Source: Clostridia bacterium (GTDB lineage Bacteria > Bacillota > Clostridia > Oscillospirales > CAG-272). From it: 45,039 nt of DNA. Below are positions 1 to 11,647 of this stretch, one piece after another. The first letter of the stretch is position 1; the number at the start of each line of letters is the position of its first letter. Made by a program: the position numbers and the translations under genes. The DNA lies in the NCBI GenBank assembly GCA_017628075.1, contig JAGBZV010000052.1:1-45039 (forward strand). The letters run 5' to 3'. Below the pieces are notes generated by a model. The model was given only the letters and a program-made list of their open reading frames with translations, had not been told where the DNA came from and made no database searches.

Positions 1-112
1 AACAAGAACAAAAGATCGGTTTTCCTTGCTTGGGTTTTTATAAAAATTGGGGTTTTTCGGGCTATTTTCGCTGTTTTTATAAATAATTTACAAAATGTTC
101 ACAATAACAGGG

Positions 113-151
113 GAACAAAGGTTTGCTTTTTTCCTCCTTATATGATATAAT
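113..151 (+). promoter_or_regulatory. lexA promoter with overlapping candidate LexA (SOS/Cheo) box
   Basis: -35 TTGCTT at 123-128, 17-nt spacer, extended -10 TGaTATAAT at 143-151. GAACaaagGTTT at 113-124 matches GAAC-N4-GTTC with one mismatch and overlaps the -35. Confidence 0.55.
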
Positions 152-226
152 TATGACAGATTGAAAATTTGTTTGTTTTCTGCCCCAACTCCCCAAAATC
201 CATTTTTCCTCTCAAAGGAGCCCGCC

Positions 227-832
227 ATGGAAAAACTCACAAAAAAAGAACAGCTCGTCTATGATTTTATCGTGGACACCATTCGCCGCGACGGATACGC
301 ACCGTCCGTGCGCGACATCTCCCTTGCCGTTGATATGAAGAGCACCTCTACCGTGCACCATTACATCGCAAGCCTTGAAAAAAAGGGCTATATCCAGAAG
401 GAATCCGGAAAATCCCGCACCCTCCGCATTGAGCGCGATGAAAACGAGAACGCAGACCGCATCCCCGTGCTCGGCCGCGTTGCCGCAGGTCAGCCAATCC
501 TTGCGACGGAGAATTTCGAATCCTACATCGATTTCTACGTCAACAAGCGCCGCTACAGCATTGACAATCTGTTCGCGCTCATCATCAAGGGTGATAGCAT
601 GATCGAGGCCGGCATCATGAACGGCGACACCGTTATCGTCGAGCGCACCTCCTACGCGCGCAACGGCGACATCGTGATCGCGCTGGTCGGGGACGAGGCA
701 ACGTGCAAGGTGTTCTACCGCGAGGACGGCCACTACCGCCTGCAGCCGTGCAACAGCACCATGGAGCCCATCATCGTGGACGAGGTCCTGCTGCTCGGAA
801 AGGTCATCTCCTGCTTCCGAAATTACAACTGA
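227..832 (+). CDS. lexA: LexA repressor (SOS regulator, S24 autopeptidase)
   Basis: ATG at 227 follows RBS AAAGGAG (214-220). Has a winged-helix N-terminus, the VAAGQP Ala-Gly cleavage site, the GDSM catalytic Ser and the downstream catalytic Lys (ATCKVF). The 161 start in the ORF track is an upstream TTG extension. Confidence 0.95.
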   Translation: MEKLTKKEQLVYDFIVDTIRRDGYAPSVRDISLAVDMKSTSTVHHYIASLEKKGYIQKESGKSRTLRIERDENENADRIPVLGRVAAGQPILATENFESYIDFYVNKRRYSIDNLFALIIKGDSMIEAGIMNGDTVIVERTSYARNGDIVIALVGDEATCKVFYREDGHYRLQPCNSTMEPIIVDEVLLLGKVISCFRNYN

Positions 833-860
833 ATCCCCTGCAAGCACCCCTCCGCACACA

Positions 861-903
861 ATCGGACCACAGTGATATCTACTGCGGTCCGATCTCTTTT
901 TTT
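861..903 (+). terminator. Intrinsic terminator after lexA
   Basis: Hairpin ATCGGACCaCAGT / ACTGcGGTCCGAT (861-893) followed by a T7 run (897-903). Confidence 0.75.
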
Positions 904-1096
904 CACTCAAAAAAACATCACGCGGCACCGTTTTCAAGGGAAAAATTGCCAATACCGAAAGTATCCACCCCAAAAAAAGCAAAGGAATGAAAAGGGGTTA
1001 TCACAGACTGTTGAAAATCCGTGAAAATGTCTCTAAATGGGCCGTTTTTGCGGCATTTTTTGTTTTATTTTTTAAATCAAATTTACAATTTTTTTA

Positions 1097-1125
1097 TTGC
1101 TTTTAGGGCCGTTTCGTGGTATAAT
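1097..1125 (+). promoter_or_regulatory. dnaA promoter (sigma-A type)
   Basis: -35 TTGCTT at 1097-1102, 17-nt spacer, extended -10 TGgTATAAT at 1117-1125. An AT-rich tract lies immediately upstream (about 1050-1100). Confidence 0.6.
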
Positions 1126-1174
1126 ATGTATTGGGTATATATATAATTATGAAGTCAACCAAAAGGAGATGCCC

Positions 1175-2710
1175 ATGCAATCGTTTCATTACATCTGGGA
1201 GCCGGTGCTGAAGGCTCTTTCAGAAAATTTCCCTGAAACCATTATGGAGCTGTGGTTCAATCATCTTGAGCTTGCAGCATTCTGCGATACCAAGGTCGCG
1301 CTGATTACGGACAGCGACATCAAGGCGCAGGTCATCACAAACAGATACAAGGAAACCCTCGCGGGTTATTTTGAGGTCACGCTGGGCTTCCCGGTGGAGG
1401 TTTGCATCCTTTCCGACGAAAAGCAGCCCATCGACCGCGAGCGTCTGCAGGCAGATGCCATGCAGGGGCTTCTCATTGAGAATATCTACGGCAAGCAGGC
1501 CGCACAGGGGCAGAAGGAGCCCACACAGCAGAGGGAGAGTACCTCATCAGACCTCGGCGCAAAGGACACGCCCGAGCGCGCACAGAGCGACGCAGGAGAG
1601 GCAGAGCCCGCACGCACGGAGGACCCCCCCCGCACGGAATCTGCATCCGCACAGAGTGCTGCACAGCCTGCCGCACTGGGACAGCCGGAGATCTTTCTCA
1701 ACAGCGATTACACGTTTGATAACTTCATCGTCGGAAGCTCCAATAAATTCGCGCACGCGGCGTGCATCGCGGTTGCAAACAACCCCGCCACCGCCTATAA
1801 CCCTCTGTTTATTCACGGTCCCTCCGGTCTTGGCAAAACGCATCTTCTCTACGCCATCACAAACCGCATCCGTGAGAAAAAGCCCGGTGCAAACATCGTG
1901 TACGTCAAGGGCGAAACCTTTACCAACCAGCTGATTGAATCCATCTCCACCGAGTCCATGTCAAATTTCCGGGCGCGTTACCGCCAGGCAGACGTTTTTC
2001 TGATCGACGACGTGCAGTTTATCGCCGGAAAGACCTCGACGCAGGAGGAATTCTTCAATACCTTCAACGAGCTCTACGAGGCAAAGAAGCAGATCATTCT
2101 CACCTCCGACCGTCCGCCAAAGGAAATCAAAACGCTTGAGGACCGTCTGAAGACGCGCTTTGAGTGGGGACTGATCGCAGATATCGAGCCGCCGGATCTT
2201 GAGCTGCGCATTGCCATTCTGAGAAAGAAGGCGCTTGACATGGGTGTGGATATTCCCATCGACGTCCTCAACTTCCTCGGTGAAAACTTAAAGTCCAACA
2301 TCAGACAGATCGAGGGTGTCATCCGCCGTCTTGGCGCGTATTCCAATCTATCAAAGCGCCCCATCACAATAGAAATGGCGAGGGAGAACATCGCAGACGT
2401 TATCACGGGGGCAGAGCCCGTCCGCGTGACGCAGGACAAGATCTTCAACGCCGTTGCAAAAAAATACGACGTCACCGTGGAGGACATCAAGGGCAAGCGC
2501 AGAACGCGCGAGATCGCGCTTGCGCGCCACGTCTGCATCTACATCATGCGTACCGTAACGGATCTCTCCCTCCCCTCCATCGGCAAGGTATTCGACCGGG
2601 ATCACACGACCGTGCTCTCCTCCATCGAAACCATACATGAGAAGATACGCGAGGACGCAACGCTTGAGAACGACATCGACAATCTCATCAAGGAAATCAC
2701 CACGGGCTGA
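1175..2710 (+). CDS. dnaA: Chromosomal replication initiator DnaA
   Basis: Walker A GPSGLGKTHL, an AAA+ core and a C-terminal DnaA-box-binding HTH (RHVCIYIMR...DHTTV). RBS AAAGGAG at 1162-1168. ATG at 1175 is preferred, because ATG at 1169 abuts the RBS. Domain II is long and low-complexity. Confidence 0.95.
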   Translation: MQSFHYIWEPVLKALSENFPETIMELWFNHLELAAFCDTKVALITDSDIKAQVITNRYKETLAGYFEVTLGFPVEVCILSDEKQPIDRERLQADAMQGLLIENIYGKQAAQGQKEPTQQRESTSSDLGAKDTPERAQSDAGEAEPARTEDPPRTESASAQSAAQPAALGQPEIFLNSDYTFDNFIVGSSNKFAHAACIAVANNPATAYNPLFIHGPSGLGKTHLLYAITNRIREKKPGANIVYVKGETFTNQLIESISTESMSNFRARYRQADVFLIDDVQFIAGKTSTQEEFFNTFNELYEAKKQIILTSDRPPKEIKTLEDRLKTRFEWGLIADIEPPDLELRIAILRKKALDMGVDIPIDVLNFLGENLKSNIRQIEGVIRRLGAYSNLSKRPITIEMARENIADVITGAEPVRVTQDKIFNAVAKKYDVTVEDIKGKRRTREIALARHVCIYIMRTVTDLSLPSIGKVFDRDHTTVLSSIETIHEKIREDATLENDIDNLIKEITTG

Positions 2711-2731
2711 GAACCACGCGCGCATCCTTGT

Positions 2732-3175
2732 TTTTCCACAAGATTCCCCATTCTTTTCCTCCCACTTTCCACATCTCAAAAAAAAGAATACATGCGAGGA
2801 TACCTCACATTTCATCGGTGAAAATGTGACATTTTCTGTTTTTCCACATCTTTTTCAACAGGCTGTGTAAAAGTAATATCCACAACCATCGCATATCCCT
2901 CATTTCGTTTTCCAAAGCTTTTCCAAAAGTTAACAGGAAAAAGCACGTTTTTATCCAAAGCTTATCCACACCCCCTCCCCGAAAAGAAAATGCCTGTGCA
3001 AAGTGCGCCCGATCTCCACAGCAATCACCGTCTGCAGTACACAGCATTTTCGGGAGGCACTGACGGAAAAACCCCCTGAAATCAAAGGAAAACAGGCTTT
3101 CCACATTTCCACACCACCCTAATGCGGCGACTTCTTCTAAAAATCCCTTATTCTTTTCTTTTTCTCTCTTTTCCG
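2732..3175. other. oriC: dnaA-dnaN intergenic DnaA-box array plus an AT/pyrimidine-rich candidate unwinding region
   Basis: Eleven same-orientation matches to TTATCCACA with at most 2 mismatches: 2732, 2765, 2840, 2876, 2908, 2919, 2951, 2962 (perfect), 3012, 3097 and 3105. The AT-rich tract cttcttctaaaaatcccttattcttttctttttctctcttttcc at 3131-3174 lies next to the last boxes. Confidence 0.8.
2962..2970 (+). promoter_or_regulatory. Perfect consensus DnaA box TTATCCACA
   Basis: Exact 9-mer, flanked 2 nt upstream by the one-mismatch box TTATCCAAA (2951-2959). Confidence 0.8.
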
Positions 3176-3299
3176 CCCAAACAAGGGCAGCTTGGACGGT
3201 GGAAAAGTGCGAGGGTGGATCGGATGCGATTTGCCGTATGCAAATCAGACAAACAAGCAAAGAATTTCAAACATTTTTGATGATAGGAGCATATTCACC

Positions 3300-4496
3300 A
3301 TGATCGTTACCTTTGACAAAGAAACGCTGTGTGCCGCTGTCACTCCCACCATGTCTGCGGTTTCAAACAAAAATACAATCACCTCCATTGAGGGAATCTG
3401 TATCACGGCAAATGAGGACGGCACCGTCGTGCTCAATTCCTTCGACCTTGAAAAGGGTATTCGCTGTACGCTGAACGGAAGGGTTGAGGAGCCCGGCTCC
3501 TATATCATCGGCGGACAGAAGCTCAATCAGATCATTCGTACCATGCCGGAGGATATCCGCATTGAGGTCGGTGAAAAGATGCGCGCACGCATCACGAGCG
3601 GAAAGAGCGAATTTACACTCAACGCAATGCCCGGAGAGGAATTTCCGAATATGCCCGTGCTCGACGGCGATTGGGGCTTTTCCATGCCGCAGTGCGAGCT
3701 GCGCGATGCCATCAATAAGACGCTGTACGCCGTTGCATCCGGCGATCCGCGCCCCGCGCTCAACGGTATCTTCTTCCGTCTGCACGACAACTGCCTGACG
3801 ATGGTTTCCTCCGACTCCTACCGCCTTGCAATCTGCGAAAAGGAAATGGTATTGAACGACGTCATTTCCGGCGACGCGCTGGATACGACGATGATCGTTC
3901 CCGGAAAAACCGTGGCAGAGCTTCTGAAAATGCTGCGCGACGATACGACCCCCGTATCCATCCGCGCAACCGCAAAGCACATTATGTTCCATATGGAAAA
4001 TCTGTGCTTCTTCTCCCGTCTGATCGATGCAGAGTACGTCAATTACGAAAAATTCATTCCCAAAACACCCGTCACGCACGCGACCGTTTCCTGCGAGGCG
4101 CTGCGCAGCTCCCTTGAGCGTGCGGCGCTCGTTGCGGAGGAAAAGACGGCAGGACAGTCAAAGAGCTCCGTCAAGTTTATGTTCAACGACTCCGTTCTGC
4201 GCGTTTCCGCCGTTTCCATTAACGGTACGGTCAACGATGAGATCCCGATCGAGATGCAGGGACCGGATATGAAGATAGGCTTCAACTGCCGCTTCCTGCT
4301 TGACGCACTGCGTGCCTGCGACCACGAATATATCAAGCTCTCTCTGGTAAGCTCTCTCGTTTCCATGGTGATTACGCCCGATTACGACAAGCTGACGGAG
4401 GAGGAGATCGCCGCCGCCGCAAGGAAGCTGGAGAGCAGAGGAATTCTTGCAGAGCGCTATACGCATCTTGCAGTTCCCTGCCATCTCAGAGAGTGA
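3300..4496 (+). CDS. dnaN: DNA polymerase III beta sliding clamp
   Basis: Position after dnaA, with three-domain clamp-like sequence (MIVTFDKE...SDSYRLA...IGFNCRFLLDAL). ATG at 3300 follows RBS GATAGGAG. The ORF-track start at 3192 lies inside oriC. Confidence 0.9.
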   Translation: MIVTFDKETLCAAVTPTMSAVSNKNTITSIEGICITANEDGTVVLNSFDLEKGIRCTLNGRVEEPGSYIIGGQKLNQIIRTMPEDIRIEVGEKMRARITSGKSEFTLNAMPGEEFPNMPVLDGDWGFSMPQCELRDAINKTLYAVASGDPRPALNGIFFRLHDNCLTMVSSDSYRLAICEKEMVLNDVISGDALDTTMIVPGKTVAELLKMLRDDTTPVSIRATAKHIMFHMENLCFFSRLIDAEYVNYEKFIPKTPVTHATVSCEALRSSLERAALVAEEKTAGQSKSSVKFMFNDSVLRVSAVSINGTVNDEIPIEMQGPDMKIGFNCRFLLDALRACDHEYIKLSLVSSLVSMVITPDYDKLTEEEIAAAARKLESRGILAERYTHLAVPCHLRE

Positions 4497-4509
4497 TACG
4501 ATATCTTCT

Positions 4510-5643
4510 ATGAACGTAAAAAGTATCACCTATCGGAATTTCCGCAACATAGAGGATGCAGCACTTTCCTTTACCCCGGGAGTCAATATTCTGTGGGGCA
4601 ATAACGCGCAGGGAAAAACCAATGCGCTGGAGGGGATCTACTGCTTTGCGTGCGGAAAATCGTTTCGAGGGGTGCACGACCGTGAGCTATTGCGCTTCGG
4701 CGCAAGCGAGGGTGCCCTTTCCCTTGATTTTTGCGATGAGCGGAGAGATCAGAATCTCGTTTTGCAGCTCTACTCGGAAAAAGCACGGCGCATGATAAAG
4801 AACGGCGTGACGATCAGACGCTCCGCCGATTTCGTTGGAAGCTTCCACGGCGTGCTGTTCTGTCCGGAGCATCTTTCCATGATCAAGGGTGCACCGCAGC
4901 TCAGACGCGCATTTTTAGATGCCGCTATCAGCCAGCTCAGACCTGCGTATCTCGCGGCGCTGAGCGATTACGCCGCTGTACTGAAGCAGAGAAACGCACT
5001 TCTCAAGCGTGAGGAGGAATCCCAGGCGGCGAGAATGCCTCTTTATGAGGTTCTGACGGCGCAGATGGCAGAGCTGAACACGCGCATCGTGCAAACCAGA
5101 ATGAAATATATCAAGCTTCTCGATACCTCCGTGGGACAGTTCCTTGAGGATATGACGGGCGGACTTGAGCATACGGCTCTGCGCTACGTGTCCGATGCGG
5201 ATCCCGATCGGTACGGAGGCGATGCAAGGGCAATGAGCGAGGCGTTTTACGCATTGTGTACGTCGTACGCAGGACGTGAATTTGCCGCCTGCTCCACATT
5301 GCACGGATGTCACCGCGACGATATCTCCATTACCCTTGACGGACGTGAGGCGCGGCTTTACGCAAGTCAGGGACAGGACAGATCAATCGCACTTGCAATG
5401 AAGCTCGGCGAGGGTGAGCTTTGCCGTGCGGCGACGGGAGAATATCCCGTGTTCCTCTTTGACGACGTTTTAAGCGAGCTCGATGCAGGCAGACAAAGGT
5501 ATCTGATGCAAAGACTCGGTGGAAGACAGGTCATCATGACCTCCTGCAATGAGTCCCTGTTTGCAGGTATGGACGTCAATATGATACACGTATCGGCAGG
5601 AAGCTACGAAAACGCCGTTCCACAAGAAAACGGGGAGGGCTGA
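4510..5643 (+). CDS. recF: DNA replication/repair protein RecF
   Basis: N-terminus MNVKSITYRNFRNI, Walker A GNNAQGKTN and the signature SQGQDRSIALAMKL. Start at ATG 4510, 14 nt after the dnaN stop; the SD is weak. Confidence 0.9.
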   Translation: MNVKSITYRNFRNIEDAALSFTPGVNILWGNNAQGKTNALEGIYCFACGKSFRGVHDRELLRFGASEGALSLDFCDERRDQNLVLQLYSEKARRMIKNGVTIRRSADFVGSFHGVLFCPEHLSMIKGAPQLRRAFLDAAISQLRPAYLAALSDYAAVLKQRNALLKREEESQAARMPLYEVLTAQMAELNTRIVQTRMKYIKLLDTSVGQFLEDMTGGLEHTALRYVSDADPDRYGGDARAMSEAFYALCTSYAGREFAACSTLHGCHRDDISITLDGREARLYASQGQDRSIALAMKLGEGELCRAATGEYPVFLFDDVLSELDAGRQRYLMQRLGGRQVIMTSCNESLFAGMDVNMIHVSAGSYENAVPQENGEG

Positions 5644-5645
5644 GC

Positions 5646-5951
5646 ATGGAGAGAAAGCGGGGCAGGTTCAGACGACTGAATCTCGGATCTTCAACCACCG
5701 TCCCTCTTGACGATATTATCGGTATTTTTGATATGGATACGGCGACCGTATCCAATACGACGAAGGAATTTTTGAATCAGGCCCAGAGCTTCGGGGATAT
5801 TACGAGCCTCGGGCAGGAGCTTCCGAAATCCTTTATCGTGATAGGACGCGCACCGATGGGCGATGCGTGTGTGCACGGCGGTGTTTTTCACTGTGCCGTC
5901 GCCTTATCACAGTTTTCCCCCCGCACGCTGATCGGCCGAGAGGACGAATGA
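5646..5951 (+). CDS. remB: RemB/YaaB-like small protein (DUF370-type)
   Basis: Occupies the recF-gyrB position, as yaaB/remB does in Bacillus. The IIGIFDMD...KEFL...PKSFIVI motifs resemble YaaB. ATG lies 2 nt after the recF stop. Confidence 0.7.
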   Translation: MERKRGRFRRLNLGSSTTVPLDDIIGIFDMDTATVSNTTKEFLNQAQSFGDITSLGQELPKSFIVIGRAPMGDACVHGGVFHCAVALSQFSPRTLIGREDE

Positions 5952-5998
5952 AGGCGTGCAGCATCGACAGCAACCAGACCAAAAAGAGAAAAGGATAG

Positions 5999-8898
<2,900 letters not shown>

Positions 8899-8966
8899 TA
8901 AAAAGGGCTTTAAGGATAAGACTTTCTAAAAAAAGAATATAACCCATACAGAAGGTTGTGAAAAAG

Positions 8967-11582
8967 ATGGCTAAAAAAAGCAAACCGGAATTATCAAAAG
9001 AAATCATATTTGAAAATCAGAAGATCGTCCCCATCCGCATGGATATGGAGGTAAAAAAATCGTTCATTGAGTATTCGATGAGCGTTATCGTTGCGCGCGC
9101 ATTGCCGGACGTCAGAGATGGTCTGAAGCCCGTTCACAGAAGAATCCTTTACGCGATGTATGAGGATCATCTGACCTCGGATAAGCCGTTTAGAAAGTCG
9201 GCAACGACGGTCGGTAACGTGCTTGGACGCTATCATCCGCACGGTGACGTGGCGGTGTACGATACGATGGTCCGTATGGCGCAGGACTTCTCAATGCGTT
9301 ATCCTTTGATTGAGGGACACGGTAACTTCGGTAACGTGGACGGTGACGGCGCGGCTGCATACCGTTATACGGAAGCAAGAATGGCGAAGATCTCCAATGA
9401 GATGTTAGAAAATATCGAAAAGGACGTCGTTCCCTTCTCACCGAACTTCGACAATAAGCTAAAGGAGCCTGACGTGCTCCCCGCACGCTTCCCGAATCTC
9501 TTAGTCAACGGATCCGTTGGTATTGCCGTCGGTATGGCAACCAACATTCCGCCGCATAATCTCGGTGAGGTCATCGACGGCACCATCTACTATATGGAAA
9601 ATCCCGATGCAAGCGTTGCCGATATCATGCAGTTCATAAAAGGACCGGACTTCCCCACGTACGCAACGATCTACGGCACGCAGGGAATCATCCAGGCATA
9701 TACCACGGGTAAGGGACACGTCATGGTGCGCTCCAAGGCGGAGATCGACGAGGAGAATCACCGCATCATCATCACGGAGATCCCCTACGCCGTCAATAAG
9801 TCCATGCTCATAAAGTCGATGGCGGATCTCGTCAACGATAAGAGAGTGGACGGTGTTACCGCCATGCGTGACGAGTCCGGACGTGCCGGTATGCGCATCG
9901 TCATTGAGTACCGCCGCGATGCAAACGGACAGGTCATTCTCAATCAGTTCTATAAGTATACCCAGCTTCAGGATACCTTTGCGGTCAATATGATCGCGCT
10001 GGTCAACGGAGAGCCCAAGTGTCTTTCTCTGCCGCAGATTCTGCACCATTATATCAAGCACCAGGAAAAGGTCATTGAGCGCCGCGTGCGCTTTGATCTC
10101 GACCGTGCGCTGAACCGCGCACATATTCTCGAAGGTCAGATGAAAGCCATTGAAAACATCGATGAGGTCATCCGTATCATCCGCTCCAATGAATCGGTCG
10201 CAGATGCCAAGGAGGCATTGATGGATTCCTTTGGTCTGACGGATCCGCAGGCGCAGGCCATCGTCGATATGACGCTTGGTAAGCTTGCAGGTCTTGAGAG
10301 AATCAAGATCCAGGATGAGCTCAAGGATAAGGAAGCACTCATTGCAGAGCTGCGTGACATTCTCACAAGCGAAGGCCGTATCCACGGTATCATCAAGGAA
10401 GAAATGCTTGAGATCAAGAGAAAGTATGCAGACGAAAGACGCACGGAGATCGTGGCGGCAGAAAACGAGATCGTTCTTGAGGATCTCATTGAACGCCATA
10501 CCTGCGTCATTACCATGACAAACTCCGGTTATATTAAAAGACAGCCTGCAGATACGTATTCTGCGCAGAGAAGAGGCGGAAAGGGCATCATCGGCATGAC
10601 GACGAAGGACGAGGACGCTGTTTGCGACGTGCATATCGTTCCCAGCCACGCATACCTTTTGATGTTCACCAACTTTGGCCGCGTATACGTCAGAAAGGCG
10701 TACCAGATTCCGGAGGCAGGACGTACTGCAAAGGGAACGAGCATCGTCAACGTGCTTGAGTTATCGAAGGACGAGCGCGTGACGGCCGTCATTGACCTGC
10801 CCGCCTTCAACGATAACGAATATCTTATGATGGTAACGCGCCGCGGTGTCATCAAGCGCGTTGCTGTGCGTGATTTTGAATATCAGAGAAGGGGCGGTAA
10901 GATCGCTATTGATCTGGACGATGGAGATTCCCTCGATTTCGTCTGCAAGACGCACGGCGGGGATGAGGTCATTCTCGCATCGCATAACGGTCAGGCCATC
11001 CGCTTCCGCGAGGAGCAGGCAAGAGTCATGGGACGCGGCGCACGCGGTGTGCGCGGCATGACGCTGGCTGATGGAGATTATATTACGGGTGCTGCCGTTG
11101 TCATCGAAAACGGTATGCTTCTTTCCATCACGGAGGGCGGATTCGGTAAGCTGACGCCCTTTGAGGAATATTCCACGCACGGCAGAGGCGGTAAGGGTAT
11201 CGTCTGTCACGCCATCACGGAAAAGACGGGACTTCTCTGCGGTATTGCAGCAGTTCACGAGGACGACGACGTTATGATGATTACCAACGAGGGTACGATG
11301 ATCCGTACACCTGTTTGTGATATTCGTGTCTGCGGACGTCCCTCGCAGGGTGTTATCGTCATGCGTCTGACAGAAGACGCCCGTGTGGAGAGCTTTGCTC
11401 CCGTGCGCAACGAGGAAGCCGCAGAAAAGGAAGCAGAGGAAAATGCGGCACTCATAGAAGATGAAAGCATCGATTTTTCCGAAGATTTTGAAGAAAAAGA
11501 GGAAAATGTAGAGGAAAACGGCGCAAATGCCGAGGAAATTGAGCTCCTTGACATTGAGGCTGAAGAGGAAAGCGACCTCTGA
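8967..11582 (+). CDS. gyrA: DNA gyrase subunit A
   Basis: [17 protein letters not shown], the active-site region [10 protein letters not shown], and a C-terminal beta-pinwheel repeat domain. ATG at 8967 is preferred over GTG at 8958, which sits 2 nt after the GAAGG SD. Confidence 0.95.
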   Translation: MAKKSKPELSKEIIFENQKIVPIRMDMEVKKSFIEYSMSVIVARALPDVRDGLKPVHRRILYAMYEDHLTSDKPFRKSATTVGNVLGRYHPHGDVAVYDTMVRMAQDFSMRYPLIEGHGNFGNVDGDGAAAYRYTEARMAKISNEMLENIEKDVVPFSPNFDNKLKEPDVLPARFPNLLVNGSVGIAVGMATNIPPHNLGEVIDGTIYYMENPDASVADIMQFIKGPDFPTYATIYGTQGIIQAYTTGKGHVMVRSKAEIDEENHRIIITEIPYAVNKSMLIKSMADLVNDKRVDGVTAMRDESGRAGMRIVIEYRRDANGQVILNQFYKYTQLQDTFAVNMIALVNGEPKCLSLPQILHHYIKHQEKVIERRVRFDLDRALNRAHILEGQMKAIENIDEVIRIIRSNESVADAKEALMDSFGLTDPQAQAIVDMTLGKLAGLERIKIQDELKDKEALIAELRDILTSEGRIHGIIKEEMLEIKRKYADERRTEIVAAENEIVLEDLIERHTCVITMTNSGYIKRQPADTYSAQRRGGKGIIGMTTKDEDAVCDVHIVPSHAYLLMFTNFGRVYVRKAYQIPEAGRTAKGTSIVNVLELSKDERVTAVIDLPAFNDNEYLMMVTRRGVIKRVAVRDFEYQRRGGKIAIDLDDGDSLDFVCKTHGGDEVILASHNGQAIRFREEQARVMGRGARGVRGMTLADGDYITGAAVVIENGMLLSITEGGFGKLTPFEEYSTHGRGGKGIVCHAITEKTGLLCGIAAVHEDDDVMMITNEGTMIRTPVCDIRVCGRPSQGVIVMRLTEDARVESFAPVRNEEAAEKEAEENAALIEDESIDFSEDFEEKEENVEENGANAEEIELLDIEAEEESDL

Positions 11583-11647
11583 TGCCGACCTACTTTCATG
11601 AAAATCATGAAAAAATTGTAAAGAAAAAGAGAATTCAAGCTTCCCTA

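Noticed and set aside
161-226. Upstream extensions of ORF-track models: lexA 161, dnaA 1097, dnaN 3192, recF 4447, rimO 13558, HAD 16662, mgsA 17605, ymdB 18422, gmk 20892, def 25146, rsmB 27280, stp 29700, LRR 34488, rlmH 34567, mnmG 36836 and OFA-MFS 43023.
   Set aside because: In every case an internal ATG or GTG with a proper SD aligns with the conserved N-terminus of the family. The extensions overlap upstream genes, terminators or oriC.
515-523. TTCGAATCC, a tRNA T-loop-like motif.
   Set aside because: It lies in frame inside lexA (…ENFESY…). No acceptor, D or anticodon stems surround it.
2805-3260. A 151-aa minus-strand ORF and the 2637-2870 plus-strand ORF inside the dnaA-dnaN spacer.
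   Set aside because: The region is better explained as the DnaA-box array of oriC. There is no SD, and the peptides are low-complexity.
11594-11603. Perfect 10-nt palindrome TTTCATGAAA just after gyrA, considered as a terminator or operator.
   Set aside because: It is too short to form a stable hairpin, no T-run follows, and there is no second copy. It is probably a chance occurrence in AT-rich spacer.
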